DNA of 64,000 nucleotides from Antedon mediterranea. Lineage: Eukaryota; Animalia; Echinodermata. The notes under the pieces were generated by a model. The model ran no database searches. It saw only the letters and a list, made by a program, of their open reading frames with translations, and was not told the DNA's origin. The stretch spans positions 13,638,352 through 13,702,351 of the forward strand of contig NC_092678.1 in assembly GCF_964355755.1 (NCBI RefSeq), in the 5' to 3' direction. A program made the position numbers and the translations under genes. This document shows positions 15,232 to 28,361 of this stretch, piece by piece (within the stretch, counting starts at the first letter, position 1; each line of letters starts with the position of its first letter).

Positions 15232-15396
15232 CCACTGAGCAGCTTTTTTGCACGAGTGACAGAGGCCTAATACTATACTCACTGTAAATATAATAATAAA
15301 AATTAATAGTACTACTGCCTCATTGTAATAATAATAATTATTTTAATGTTATAATACTGTATAGGCAGCCACAAACCAATGTATGTACCATCAGAT

Positions 15397-18366
15397 TCAC
15401 AAACAGTAACACAAAGCACTCCAGCACTTATTTTGTTTGTCGTCACAAGCAAGGCCTAGCCATGGAGGTTTTATACCTATATAAGTGCATCTCGGAGCTT
15501 TTAGCAGGAATCTGGCCATTTGTAGCTGTAATTTTTCTAAATTGTAAATATCGCTTTTTGAATTACAGTGCCATACACCACATGCATAGTTAATCGAGGG
15601 AAGTGCAATTGTTTTCCATAGGATATTCCCGAAATAGACCCTATTGAAATTATCAAGATTTCCTATTATACCTTTAATATATGCGATTAAACGATTTCCT
15701 TTTTGTATAACATGTTGGTAGTGACCATGCTCTTTTTGATTTGCACAAATTATTACACCTAGATATTTAGAATTGTTTACCTCAGTTATAAATTCATCTC
15801 CAATTTTCCATTTTTTATCACGATTGACACGTTTCCCAGTAACCATTACATTAGATTTGTCATAATTGAAGCTTAACTTCCACTCTTTTGCATATTTCCC
15901 TGCAATATCCAGCATTTTTAACATTTCAAATTCATTATTAGCTAGCAAAACAACATCATCAGCCCAAAAGAGGCCACCCATCCATGAACCATTCATTCTA
16001 ACTCCTAAATCATTACTACGGAGCATTTTAACAAATTCATTTAAGATACAAAATAATATTGGGGATAAAACGCATCCCTGTTTTACACCCTTATTTACAT
16101 TAAATTGATCTGTAAGATCATTCCCCATTCTAACCTTTGCTTTGACATTACTATACAAACACTTAATGATTCGCCAAACTTTTCCTCTTATTCCGACATC
16201 CCACGCTGGTTTTAATAGGCCTTCCCGCCACACACTGTCAAAAGCTTTTCGGTAGTCCAGGAAGGCTAGATATGTATTTTTCCCTTCTTTTGTTCGACAT
16301 GTTAGAATACTTTTAAGGGTAAAAATATGATCTTCACATCTATGTTGTGATCTAAAGCCTTCCTGGACTTCCGAGAGCAGATCTTCTTTTTCAATGAAAC
16401 TAGAGATATGCATAGAAATAACTCTGTTAAATATTTTTGATATACATGAAGTTAGTGAAATACCTGTATAGTTGTTTAAATCTGCTTTGTCCCCTTTTTT
16501 AAAGATTGGAACAATTATACTCAAGTTCCATTCACTTGGGATCTTTTCAATTTGAATTAATTTGTTAAATAACTGCATTAGAGACATTACAATTGCATTA
16601 CCACCATTTTTAAGAAGTTCGTTCGTAATATTGTCAACTCCTGGTGCTTTATTATTTTTTGCAGCCAACAATGCTTCTCGTATTATCTGTAGATCCATTA
16701 TTATATCTGTTAACAGGTTTTGATTATCATTGTTATTGTCATGAGTATTGTAAGATCTATTGTACAATTCATTAACTTCTCTGTTTATTAGATAGGAAAA
16801 GCAATCTTTATCTGTGTTAGGCTCACCAAGATTTTCCCAGTATTTTTTAGCATTGTCCAAAATTTCTTTTTTGTCTGTAATAATTTCCCCTGAATCTAAA
16901 GATTTAATACAAGTGATACCTGATTTGTGTTTTCCATCAGCACTTTTTAAGATATTCCAGAAGTCCCTGCAGGAAGGCCCCCCTTTATTTGCAATTTCAA
17001 CCGATTTATTAACTCTACTCTCTATAATTTTCCTAGCAATTACATTTTTTACGTAGATTCTTTTTTCCTGGTACGTTTGCCATAATGTTTCATTGTGGTT
17101 TTTATTCGAACCAGTTTTAGTACTGTATCTATGTTCTCTTGCAGCTTTTCTTCTCTCCAAAATTGCGGATTTTATTTCATTATCAAACCAATGTTTTTGT
17201 TTTTTGTTTATTTGTTTAGTTCCTATGCCTTTCTTTGCTGCGTCTATTACAATTTTCTTCCAAGAATCCCACAGAATATCTACGTCATTAAATTTTTTAA
17301 TGTCCCAATTTGCAAAAGCTTCTTGGAGATTTTGCTGATAATTTGAGTAGTCCTGTAAGTTTTTTATGTTCCATATATGGTTTTTTGTTTCATTGTTTCT
17401 AATTTTAGATTGGCTCATATTGGGTTCTAGTTCTAATAATAATGTATTGTGGTCACTTCCTGTGCCAAGTTTTCTATCTTCATCTATAATAAATTTAGCA
17501 ACATAACTAATAATATTTCTTGAACACAACATGTAATCGATTGTACTTTTCTGATAACCCCTACACCAAGTTATTGTACCCTCACAAAATATAGTACAAT
17601 TCAAGATTGTCATATTTGAATCATCTCTGAAATTTAGTAAACCTTTTCCATTGTTATTAACATCAGGGTCACCATTAGGTATATTATGACCAATGTGACC
17701 ATTGAAATCGCCCATTATTATAATGGATGAGTCACTGTCTTTGTTTTCTAGTTGAATAACTTCTGATAAAAGCTGGTTATATAATTCATTAGACTTATCA
17801 GTATCAGCCCCATCTACTGGGAAATAAACAACAGAGATAAATAAAGTACCACAATCATTGAATTTAACTTTAACCCATAGCCTTTCAAAATCGTCATCTT
17901 TACACTTAAATACATCATCGTCTAAAATAATAATATTATTTGAAATGAAGGCTCCTATTCCCCCACCTCCCTTATTTTTTCTGTTTTTACCTATCCATTT
18001 ATAACCACTTATATTCATATAAGAATCATTTTTTAGAAAGGTTTCTGCAATTCCAAAAACTTCTATATTATTTTGTACAATAATATCTGATATTTTCTTA
18101 ATTTTAGCTTTTGTTAAGTGATTAACATTGTTAAAAGCTAATTTAATGTTATCATTACGTATATTAGTATTACTATTTTGGAATTTTTTCTTACCACCTC
18201 GTCTATTTCGTTTTCTCTTAGGTGTGTTTTTTTCTTGTACTCTTAAGCTTTGTGTCTCTAAATAAGTGGTTTCACTCGGTATAAAGTCTCTGCTGTTGCA
18301 ATTAAATTCGTCGCTAAGAGGGTAGAAATTGTTTGCTGAGAGTAAAGCATTGTTGCTTGCAATGTC
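15397..18366 (-). CDS. LINE A ORF2: apurinic endonuclease + reverse transcriptase, 3'-truncated
   Basis: APE motifs AFNNVN, FGIAET, MGDFNGH, TIDY, SDH; RT motifs APGVD, FLDYRKAFDSV, GVKQGCVLSP, FWADD. The frame is open from 18366, upstream of the first ATG at 18018. Similarity to LINE B stops after LKAPR (~15487). Confidence 0.95.
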   Translation of the reverse strand, partial: DIASNNALLSANNFYPLSDEFNCNSRDFIPSETTYLETQSLRVQEKNTPKRKRNRRGGKKKFQNSNTNIRNDNIKLAFNNVNHLTKAKIKKISDIIVQNNIEVFGIAETFLKNDSYMNISGYKWIGKNRKNKGGGGIGAFISNNIIILDDDVFKCKDDDFERLWVKVKFNDCGTLFISVVYFPVDGADTDKSNELYNQLLSEVIQLENKDSDSSIIIMGDFNGHIGHNIPNGDPDVNNNGKGLLNFRDDSNMTILNCTIFCEGTITWCRGYQKSTIDYMLCSRNIISYVAKFIIDEDRKLGTGSDHNTLLLELEPNMSQSKIRNNETKNHIWNIKNLQDYSNYQQNLQEAFANWDIKKFNDVDILWDSWKKIVIDAAKKGIGTKQINKKQKHWFDNEIKSAILERRKAAREHRYSTKTGSNKNHNETLWQTYQEKRIYVKNVIARKIIESRVNKSVEIANKGGPSCRDFWNILKSADGKHKSGITCIKSLDSGEIITDKKEILDNAKKYWENLGEPNTDKDCFSYLINREVNELYNRSYNTHDNNNDNQNLLTDIIMDLQIIREALLAAKNNKAPGVDNITNELLKNGGNAIVMSLMQLFNKLIQIEKIPSEWNLSIIVPIFKKGDKADLNNYTGISLTSCISKIFNRVISMHISSFIEKEDLLSEVQEGFRSQHRCEDHIFTLKSILTCRTKEGKNTYLAFLDYRKAFDSVWREGLLKPAWDVGIRGKVWRIIKCLYSNVKAKVRMGNDLTDQFNVNKGVKQGCVLSPILFCILNEFVKMLRSNDLGVRMNGSWMGGLFWADDVVLLANNEFEMLKMLDIAGKYAKEWKLSFNYDKSNVMVTGKRVNRDKKWKIGDEFITEVNNSKYLGVIICANQKEHGHYQHVIQKGNRLIAYIKGIIGNLDNFNRVYFGNILWKTIALPSINYACGVWHCNSKSDIYNLEKLQLQMARFLLKAPRCTYIGIKPPWLGLACDDKQNKCWSALCYCL

Positions 18367-19557
18367 CTATTGGTTATGATTATTGAGCTGGTCCTGTCTG
18401 AATGAATTTTCTAGGCGTCCTTTTCTGTTGGTATTATTAGCATTTGTGTAGCCAAATTTCTTGGGATGGTTTCCATAATCATGTGATGTGGTGTTTGAAT
18501 ATGATCTGGTTCTCCAACCTCTGTATGGTCCACTTCTCAATTGATCTTGTCTTTGGTAGTTTGTTGCATATTGCCTTGGTTGCTGTCTTCGTACAAATGG
18601 TTTTATGATCATATGTCTCTCATTTAAGTTCCTAAGAAGGCATTTTGTACCAGATTTGGAAAGGTGCAAACCACTTCCGTTGAGGTGCGATTGTAAAACT
18701 GTACCATTCTTCAGGAAAAATGTTTCATCGTTATCAACTAGACTACAGCAGTTGTTGTTAGCTATCTCTTTAATTTTTGCATTCATCAAAGCAATCCTAG
18801 GTAAATGATCATCGCTGTCAGTTCTCGGGCACACTGTAGAAAGCACAATCTTTGTTGTTGGAGCTTTAAGTTTTACCTCTCTTGACATTTCTTCATAGTT
18901 GACAAGACCTTCTTCCAAATCATTATCGGATGTACAATTGTTTGTACCAACATGGATGAGGATCGAGCTAAAATCTTCTGGTTTACTGAGTTGTTGTTTT
19001 ACATCCTTAACTTTCCCTCCACGTATGCAGTTCACTTTTGAGTTACTAAGGCCTCTTTCGCTTATGTCCTTTGTAATAGAGTCACCTATTATACAGCTTG
19101 GTTTGTCATCAGTAGTTCTCAGTTCTTGAGAGTTATTGGGCATAGAGCTTGTATTACTTTTATTGAGCTGCATCTCTAAAATCACAGACTTTTGCTCATC
19201 TACTAGCTTTGTTAAGGAGGCAACATCATCTACTAGTTTGTTCAGCATATCTAGTTGTAACTTGTTCTGTTTTTCAAGTTCCAAGACATTCCTTGGTAGG
19301 TAACAACATGATAAACAGATCCACGACTTGGATGTAGAATTTGGGTTAATGTCTACACACACTCTATGATATGTTTCTTTACACAGTAGGCATTCTGTTG
19401 ACTTTCCATTACTTTCATCAAAGTTTAACTTGCAGTTATCAATACACTTAATCTTTCTGTTGGTGATTGGTTGCGGTTGTGAACGACTTTTACTACTACT
19501 AGGGCTGGAGTCAGATTGCGATTTCCGAGGGCTCACGTTTTTCTTAGCACTACCCAT
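18367..19557 (-). CDS. LINE A ORF1: PHD finger + coiled coil + SGNH esterase domain
   Basis: C-x3-C...CLLC...HRVC...WICLSC PHD finger; IIGDS, HVGTNN and GLHLS SGNH blocks, as in CR1/L2-group ORF1 proteins. Confidence 0.9.
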   Translation of the reverse strand: MGSAKKNVSPRKSQSDSSPSSSKSRSQPQPITNRKIKCIDNCKLNFDESNGKSTECLLCKETYHRVCVDINPNSTSKSWICLSCCYLPRNVLELEKQNKLQLDMLNKLVDDVASLTKLVDEQKSVILEMQLNKSNTSSMPNNSQELRTTDDKPSCIIGDSITKDISERGLSNSKVNCIRGGKVKDVKQQLSKPEDFSSILIHVGTNNCTSDNDLEEGLVNYEEMSREVKLKAPTTKIVLSTVCPRTDSDDHLPRIALMNAKIKEIANNNCCSLVDNDETFFLKNGTVLQSHLNGSGLHLSKSGTKCLLRNLNERHMIIKPFVRRQQPRQYATNYQRQDQLRSGPYRGWRTRSYSNTTSHDYGNHPKKFGYTNANNTNRKGRLENSFRQDQLNNHNQ

Positions 19558-20203
19558 TATTCAAGTTATAAAGAATATTTGTTTGGTGGGCAAATTGAGT
19601 TCTTTTGTTTAAGAACAATAGAATAACAGCACAGGAAGTATCAGTGCACTAGTTGTTTATTCAAGTAGCTTGGGCCTAGACAACTTTGGTCAAAGAGCTG
19701 GAATGTGCCCCACTTAGTAGCTTGTATGGTATTGTTTGGCCTAGGAAGATCGACAAATTAGATCTTCAAAAAAAGTTATCATAACAAACCTGGTTATCAA
19801 TGAAATCCTCAAGTAATGTTACCATGTAATTAAAGATGATGCTGGCATGAAAAAATCATCACATAATCTGGTTATGATACAAAAATTGAAAATTTTAGGC
19901 AGACGTCTGTTCCCCACATGTTCACTAACCTAGCCAATTCCCGAGGTATGACCTTAAATATCTTTAATATGCTATTGGGTTCTTAATGTAATTACTATGT
20001 AGGCCTAGTATTTATTAATTAATGTCAATCAAAACTTGTATTAGTGTAGATTTATTTTACTATTGTGAGAGCCTGTGTGAAAGCATAGTCAATAGAAAGT
20101 AAGTACTTTCTATTGACTATGGTGAAAGTAAGCTCGCGGTTTGTAAATGTAAATTGTATTATGTTGTCACGCATCAGTGAGCTGACTTTACCGAATACCG
20201 AAG

Positions 20204-23200
20204 ACTAACTTAAATTATCGACACAATAGTAGACAAATACAAACAAACAGAACCGGATGTTACTACTGTGGTGAAAGGAACCATCAGATGAAAGACTGTA
20301 AACATGGTAAACCAGTACAATGTCACGGATGCTTCGAATTTGGACATAAGAACTATCAATGTCGAGTTCCATAGGAAACAGGCAATGAAGTAAACGCCGA
20401 TCCTGAACCAACCAGGAGAAACCTGCGGGGTAATGTAATACGTCTTTTAATCATGACAATATATACGATTTCTTAATTGACGAATGTAATAACAATACCT
20501 GTATAAATGAGATAACAATTAACAAAAATAGCAAAGATATCGCTAGTATCAATAGTGTAAATCCTGATCCTATGTTAAACTACGTGCCTCCAAATAAGAT
20601 TAATCATAAACATGTTAAAGTTAGACGAGGTAAAAAGAAATCTAAATCATATAATACTAATACTAACATTAAAATAGCATACAATAATATCAGAGGCTAC
20701 AAAAGCAAAAAGTATGATATCCAAAAATTTGTAAACATCAATAAAATTAATGTATTTGGAATAGTCGAATCATTTCTAAAAGATAAGGAAGAAATACAAA
20801 TCAAAGGTTACAATTGGATTGGGAAAAATAGATCATCATATACTAAAAAAAGTCAAGGCGGGATCGGCTTCCTAATTAGGGACGACATTAAGATCATAGA
20901 TGACAATGTATTAGATACGAGATGTGATACCCTCGAACGACTATGGGTAAAAGTGCAATTTAATAGTTCTACCAATTCAATATATTACATAGCTTTAGTT
21001 TATTTTACATGTGAAGGAACCGATCGCAACTTGACTGATGAGATGTTTGTCTCCTTATTAGCGGAAAATGTAGAGATCTCTCGAAATGACAATGATGCTA
21101 AAATAATAATTCTTGGAGATTTCAACGGCAAAATTGGTCACTTGATTAACGATGGAGACGAATCTATAAACTATATTGATCAAGGACTTATATTGATTTT
21201 AGTAATGATGGTGATCTGTTTATCCTTAACGGTAGTAAAAAATGTACAGGAGTATTTACGTAAAAGTGTTTTGGATTATGGTCTTGTATCAGCAAATATT
21301 CAAAAAGATATAAATGAATTCATGATAGATGACCAATGTAACTTTCACATAGGTAGCGATCATAACATGATTATAATTGACTAGATGGTACGCTCGCTTC
21401 GCTCGCGTACCATCTAGGTCGTGCCCACAGATGGTTCTCGAATACATAATAATTTCAGCGTTAAAAAACTGGCGATTTCAAATGTACGTAGGCTACCGCA
21501 GGACAATAATACATGTCGTTTACAGGAACGAATAAATAGACACTGTGATTTATGTACTCAACTAAAATTAGCACCCTATTACTTCCGAAAGAGAAACTTG
21601 TCACAAAATAAGAGCAATTGTTTAAGTAAACTTTAAACAAACTTAATTTGTGTTTTGTATGTAACATTAGGGTTGAGGGATGGGGAAGAGGATGGGTGCA
21701 AAGAGGAACAATGTTAAAATATATTCTTTATCCATTTAGTAACGAAATATTAATTGCTTTCATGTTTTACAAATAATATACCACTAAACACAGTAAAACA
21801 TTGCGATGTAATACTTTGTTGAAACTATCACCGTCCTAGTCGATTGAAATAGTACAGCACATGTAACGATACATCACTACGACGGGTATATGTTTATAAT
21901 ATAATGTAAAACAATTTGTGAAAACCACCTCTATTCGGGGAAAATCATAAATTCGATTTAATCGTCAATAAATATTAAATTATCAAACTCAACTTAATTA
22001 GTAGGCCTAATGGTTTTCAATTGTTTCTTGAGCCAATTCATACTTAAGTTGGTTCCTACCCTACCCACCAAAGTTGTTCTGCGTTTAGGGCATGTGATGT
22101 ACCGTAGGCCTATTCTTAGTACAGGCTATATGTGACATTTATCCTATGTAACCTTGAAAAAATTCAAATAAAAGGTCTTTTGGTATTTTCTTGTTGCTTT
22201 AGGTGTGAATAAATACCAAAACATTTTTGCAGCGTTCTAGTTGCTGCGTTAGTGAGATATTGAGAGTCAAAGGTCAGTGACCTTTTTGTGGCATTTGATG
22301 GCTCATAACTCCTCAACTCCTGGGTTTAAAAAGACAAATGTGGTGTCTACATCTATGGTTTAGTGGTCTCTACTGGTTTTACAACGCTACTCATGCCAGT
22401 GATGATGTGGGTGGTTTAACTGCAATAATAAAGATTTGTACATAATATACGGCGAGTGAAAACGCTAGCTCATTATCCGTTTAAAAACATCTGCAGCACA
22501 GATTGAAAACAAAAATGGATCGAATTTCGAGTATACAGTACTGTACTTGCCTTTACGACGCCTGAGGAAATAGACACTTGTGAAACAGAGATTGGAATGT
22601 TCCATTCATCGCAAATCAATACATTTGTATAATCGTATATTAAATCTATCAAAATAGTATTTTTTTAAGAAAATCGGCCTGTCTTCAACATTATGATGCT
22701 GTACTCTAGCTGTTCAACCAGTTTTCAGCTATTAAAAACAATTATCGTAGGAGGAGATAGGAAAATGCGAAGCCTCCCCGCATTTTTGTGGCGGGTATTT
22801 TTCAAGATGGACATCCATTAGACAGTGTATACCACGGTCGGAAAACACCCCTATTTGGGGCAAATCGTTGAACCTAAATTCGTTTTAATCGTCAATAACT
22901 AATTATCTAACTTAATTTAATTAGTAAACAGGGTTACATCAGGTGGTTAAAATCAGTACCGAAAGTACGAACCAACTTTATATACCATCGAGTAAAAATT
23001 CTAGAAGTAAGGCGCGAATTACCGAATTTTGCCTTTACGTAAATTTATATATAGATATGAATGTAGAATCATTTAAGAATAATAACACAATCCCTGAAAC
23101 ATTTAAACAACGATGGGATATAAAGTATAACCACGATTGGACAACGTTCCAAGAGGACCTTGAATCTAAATTCACTAACTGGGACCCAGCCCATTTAATT

Positions 23201-26200
23201 AAATGCTAACGAAGCTTGGAAATCGTGGAAACCCGTTGTAGTGTCTGCTGCCGAAGAGACAATAGGCTATAAAAAACAGTCCAGAAAAGGTAAACAATGG
23301 TTTGATTGTGATATTGAGCAGTCAATGGAAAAACAAAAAAAAGCGTGTCGAGCACACCGACTATATGTTAAGAACAAAACTAATTCTGACTTTAATAAAA
23401 CTATAAGGGATAATCTCTGGAAATATTATCAAACTAAACGAAACGAATGTAAAACATTAATTAGACCAAAAATGATGCAAATCCGGATGAATAGATGTTC
23501 AAAAATAATGGAAAAAGGCGGACCTCAGTCTAGAGACTTCTGGTCAGTTTTAAAAGGAAATAAACGAACACACAATGTTACATCTATAATAATTCCGGGA
23601 ACGGACAATCAGACATCAGACGCACCCATAATTAAGTCCTCGTTAACCAATTACTTTAATACCTTAGGTAAGAAAACTTAGATGTAGAGAATGATCTATT
23701 TAATGACAATTTAGCTGACACTTACAACATAAATGTTCAAACCGCTACTCTGGATAAACTCGAATTCTCATGTGAAGATGTAAAATACGCAGTCTCCCTA
23801 TGTAAAAACAACAAAAGCCCGGGCAATGATAATATTTCTAACGAATTGATAAAAACGGCGGTAACACAATTGTTGCAACACTGTATAAACTGTTTAAAAG
23901 GCTCTCCCATCTCGAATGTATACCAGATGAATGGAACAACGGCACAATAGTTCCTATATTTAAAAAAAAGTGACCGGCGAAATTTAGATAACTATAGAGG
24001 AATTACCTCAAACTCATGCATTGTTAAGATCTATAGTCGAATAATTTCTCGAAGAATATCAGAATTCCTTGAAGAGTATGATTTATTAACCGAAGCACAA
24101 GGGGGTTTCCGTAAAAATAGACGATGTGAAGACCATATCTTCACCCTTAAAAGCTTGATAGCTACTCGACAAGCCGAGGGTAAAAAGACATTTTTGGCTT
24201 TTCTCGATTTCCGAAAAGCATTCGATACAGTCTGGAGAGAAGGACTAATAAAAGCATTACGCCGAATCGGTATAAAAGGTAACCTAATTAATATCGTACA
24301 AAATTTATATGAGAATGTTAAATGTAAGGTCCAATTTGCTAATTTAGAGACGGAGTTATTTGATATCGATGAAGGTGTTAAGCAGGGATGCTCGTTATCG
24401 CCAACACTCTTCTCAATATACATCAATGAATTACGTATAATGCTTAACCACTCAGATCTAGGTGTTAACATCTTTAACACTAAAATTAATTGTTTATTAT
24501 GGGCCGACGACGTCGTGCTAATAGGAGAAAACGAGAAGGAACTTAAAATGCTCCTACAAACTACTACAGAATTTGCTAAAGAATGGAAAATGTCATTTAA
24601 TTATGATAAATCAAATGTCCTTATCACAGGATAAAGGACCAACTTATATAGAAAATGGAGGTTAGGAAACAATTCTATAACAGAAACTGATAAATAAATA
24701 TACTTGGGAGTATATATTTCTCGTACGTTGTCAGACAATCTTCACATAGACGAAGTTATCAAGAAGGGTAATCGCATCATTGCGTATATTAAATCCATTA
24801 TAAATGAACAAGATGATTTTAACAGAATTTATTACGGGGACCTATTATGGAAATCTATCGGAATCCCTACCATTAATTACGCATGCTCAGTTTGGTACTG
24901 TAACGGAAAAACAACAATGGCAAAAGTTGAAAACCTGCAGTTTTTAATGGCGAGAACCATTCTTAAGGCTCCGCGTAACGTTGCAAAAGAGGCTCTATAT
25001 GGTGACTTGGGCTGGCAATCACTAGAATCGCTTCAAAACTACTCTCGGATTAAATATTTTAACCACCTAAAAAACATGGAGAAGGACAGATTGTCCAATG
25101 TGATTTTTAACGCCATAAACATTCTTGAAGATAAATTAAAATGGGGATGGTTAAATCAGGTTAAAGAAGCCTTACATAAATGTAACATGGGTGATATGTT
25201 CACCAACGAATCACCTGGTAATTGGTTAACTCAATTTAAATGCAAGAACAAAGATATCGATAATAACGAATGGCAGAAGAGAGCACAATCAAAATCATCT
25301 CTGACACAATATATATTGTACAAGAATAAACCGATATTAGAACCATACCTTCTTTACAAAAATGACTTTAAAAGAAGTTGTTTGAAATTTAAGGCGAGAT
25401 CGAACTCTCTAAACCTTGAAGGTAGGAAACAGTCATGGTCACCCACGAGTACGGGTATGTGTGCACTCTGCAATAATGACACTGAAACTATCGCACACTT
25501 TATGTTAGAATGTAATACATTTAGTAAATTAAGAGAAGAAATCTTCTACCCAATGAAATTACAATTAATGAATAACGGGTTTGAACATTATTGGAAATCT
25601 TTCTACGAAGGAACCTCTGAAATGAAATTACATTTGTTATTAGACAATTTATATAATGAAAACGTTGTTCTTGGGGAAATTTTTGACTTGGCTTGTAAAA
25701 AATACCTACAAAGTGCCTGGGATACCAGGTTAGATATATATAAGAAATTACCAACATTACCCCAATAATTAGCCATTTGGCTTTTACATTGATAAACTAG
25801 TTTATTTGCTTATCTAACTTCAAATACATATAAACATATATTTGTGTTTATCTCGATTTTTGTAAAAATAATCATGATTATGTATTATTTATACTTTTGA
25901 CCTATTGTATCGTTATACTGTTATCCAATTGTTTTTTAGTTTTATTTTCTATGTACGTATAAGTTTGTTTGTTTTTTTTTTTTTCAGTCAGACATTTTAG
26001 CTTATTTAGTTTATACATTGATAGACCAGTTAGATATACCAATAACTAATCATTAAACAAATAAAATCTTGTACTTGCTGTTTGCTATATCTATAATTTT
26101 AAGTACATAAACATATATTTGTGCTTATTTCGATTTATGTAGTAATTTTATCATGATTATGTATTATTTATACTGTTCACCTCTTGTATCGTTATTCCGA

Positions 26201-26251
26201 AAGGTGTGTGCCACTGATTCGAAAGTGAGTACCAATAAATACTGAATACTG
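20204..26251 (+). mobile_element. LINE B, 5'-truncated and decayed (ORF1 tail, APE-RT ORF2, 3' UTR)
   Basis: ORF1 tail with two CCHC knuckles (GCYYCGERNHQMKDC, QCHGCFEFGHKNYQC, stop 20372-20374). ORF2 pieces 20572-21380 and 23056-25768 with frameshifts and stops (GDFNG, SDH, FLDFRKAFD, WADD). 3' UTR has an internal duplication and ends AATAAA-TACTGAATACTGA. Confidence 0.92.
21381..23055 (-). mobile_element. Non-autonomous Helitron inserted in LINE B
   Basis: Minus strand starts TCTATATA and ends CTAG with terminal hairpin CTAGATGGTACGC..GCGTACCATCTAG. Inserted between A (21380) and T (23056) with no TSD. Removal restores the frame SDHNMIIID-MNVESFK. Confidence 0.92.
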
Positions 26252-26411
26252 AGAGTCGATTGAGTCCGAAACGAACCGATGGAGGAACTCTCGTACGGAA
26301 AAAAAAATCGCCGCCCGCCATATTGAAATTACGAGCGGTAGAATGTGTGTGTATAAATGGTTATACCTACTCATTGATTGACAAGCGGCGACTCGGCGAC
26401 TAGAATTAGTA

Positions 26412-27274
26412 TGTTATGCGCGATTTGAACGATTTGCGCAATTTAAAATTGCGCAAAGAATTCCTTGCGCAATTTGAATTGAAACATCTGTTTCAAATTG
26501 CGCAAGCAACGTATTAAATTGCGCAAGTAATCTGCAAATTGCGCAAGGTTTTTTTCGACAGATTGTGAAATCATGCACACCCATATTTTTATAGTAATTT
26601 CTAAGAATGATTCAAAATTAAAGATAATATCGCATTTCCTTATTTTTTATAGTAGTGAAAATATTGTTATTGTTAGCATACCGTCGAAGACCCGACAAAG
26701 GACCACAAAGGTGGAGTTCCCAGCGGGCACGTGCACGGCGGGCGGCTAATACTACTATAGCCTCCTACTACTGTTTATGTTTTGATAGCAAGTCTAACCG
26801 TTGGTGGCGGTAGACTATGTTGTGAATTTACTAGACTACATTAATTTTTGTTATTTTTACATTTATTTTGATTTATTTTAAGTTACAATGAGAGTGATAA
26901 TATTATTTAATTGTGTATGCCATTTATGTTGTGTATTATACACATGTTATCTTCGCATTTATTATGTTTCATTTTGAGTTATTAGTTTCGAATAAATTAT
27001 TATTGTTAACCGATCGTCGACGTTAGCACGCATTCTGGTAGAATTCTGCTGCGCAATTTGACAATTTTACAAATTGTGCAGCGCAATTTGAAATTGCGCA
27101 AGGATTTTCTTGCGCAATTTGATATTGCGCAAGTTGATTGCGCAATTTAATATTGCGCAAGAAAATCCGTGCGCAATTTCAAATTGCGCAAGAATTCTTT
27201 GCGCAATTTCAAATTGCGCAAGGAATTCTTTGCGCAATTTTAAATTGCGCAAATCGTTCAAATCGCGCATAACA
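26412..27274. mobile_element. MITE with TIRs and arrays of TTGCGCAA palindromes
   Basis: TGTTATGCGCGATTTGAACGATTTGCGCAA... mirrored at the right end; no clean TSD. Confidence 0.75.
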
Positions 27275-28361
27275 ATTACATAGGGCTACTCCATGATCAA
27301 AGTAAGTATGCCTAGCCCATTATGGGTTTTAGAGTTTGTATTGGTAAGTTTTTCGCGCCGCGGCTCTAGCCAGCTATGTCCCAGGAGGACACATTCATTA
27401 ATAAGCTGTTTCATAGCGGTAGCTTTAGTATCTAAGGCTGACAGTTTTGTGAATTTGGAAACTCGCCTATAACTTATAGGTAGCTGCTGGACCAAAAAAA
27501 CGTCTGGGAGAAGAGAGTCTATATGAAAGCCTTTGCTGATAACACAGTATTATTGAGATGTAGATGATGTAAAATCTTGTTCAATAAATAATAACTTCGT
27601 TTTTTGCTGCCAACCAGGCCGGTATTATAATAAGTCACTGTCAAATAATCATTCGATAATGGTCAAAACTTTATTTTGGCTCTGTCAACATAAAGGGAGG
27701 TATTTACAATGACTTTCTTTTGACTGTCAATCTAGGCCAATGTTATAATAATACGCCGTCAGATTTTAAATCATTGAAACAGTCCTGGTAAATTTTTTTT
27801 TTGGTTATCAGATGCCGTGGGGGGGGGGGGGGGGTCCAATCAATTATCGTCAGAAGGTGAACAATCAGCAGCAGATTATTAAGAACGCCTGCTCCATTAA
27901 TTAATCCAGAAAAAGGTTTGTACATTGGGCCCGTTCGGACGGGACTGAAACTACCGTGTACTTCCAACTGTAAGGTCACGTGTGGCAATTAACTTACGCC
28001 TCTGGCTATAAAAAATTAGAAAACCATCTGGACGAAAAATCCACCAACTTTACTGGTTATTTCAATCCCATTCCAATTACACGCTGCCTCGGGGTATAAT
28101 TAATCAAGCGTTAACGGGGTCATGTCAAATCGCGACCTCAAATAAGCTTTCTGATTGTTTAACAATTATTGTTTAAAATGTTCTTTTTCGTTAATGCGAA
28201 TGTATATATCTATTGTTTTGTAAAATTATATATAAATAATCAACTCGTTGGTTTTTTTCCGGTGACCTGAACTTGCGAATCGGTGGCTTATAATGTACAT
28301 GTAACGGCAGGGAGTTCTGTATTGTGGTAGCCTGTGGTGTCTGTGAATTACCACATCAACC

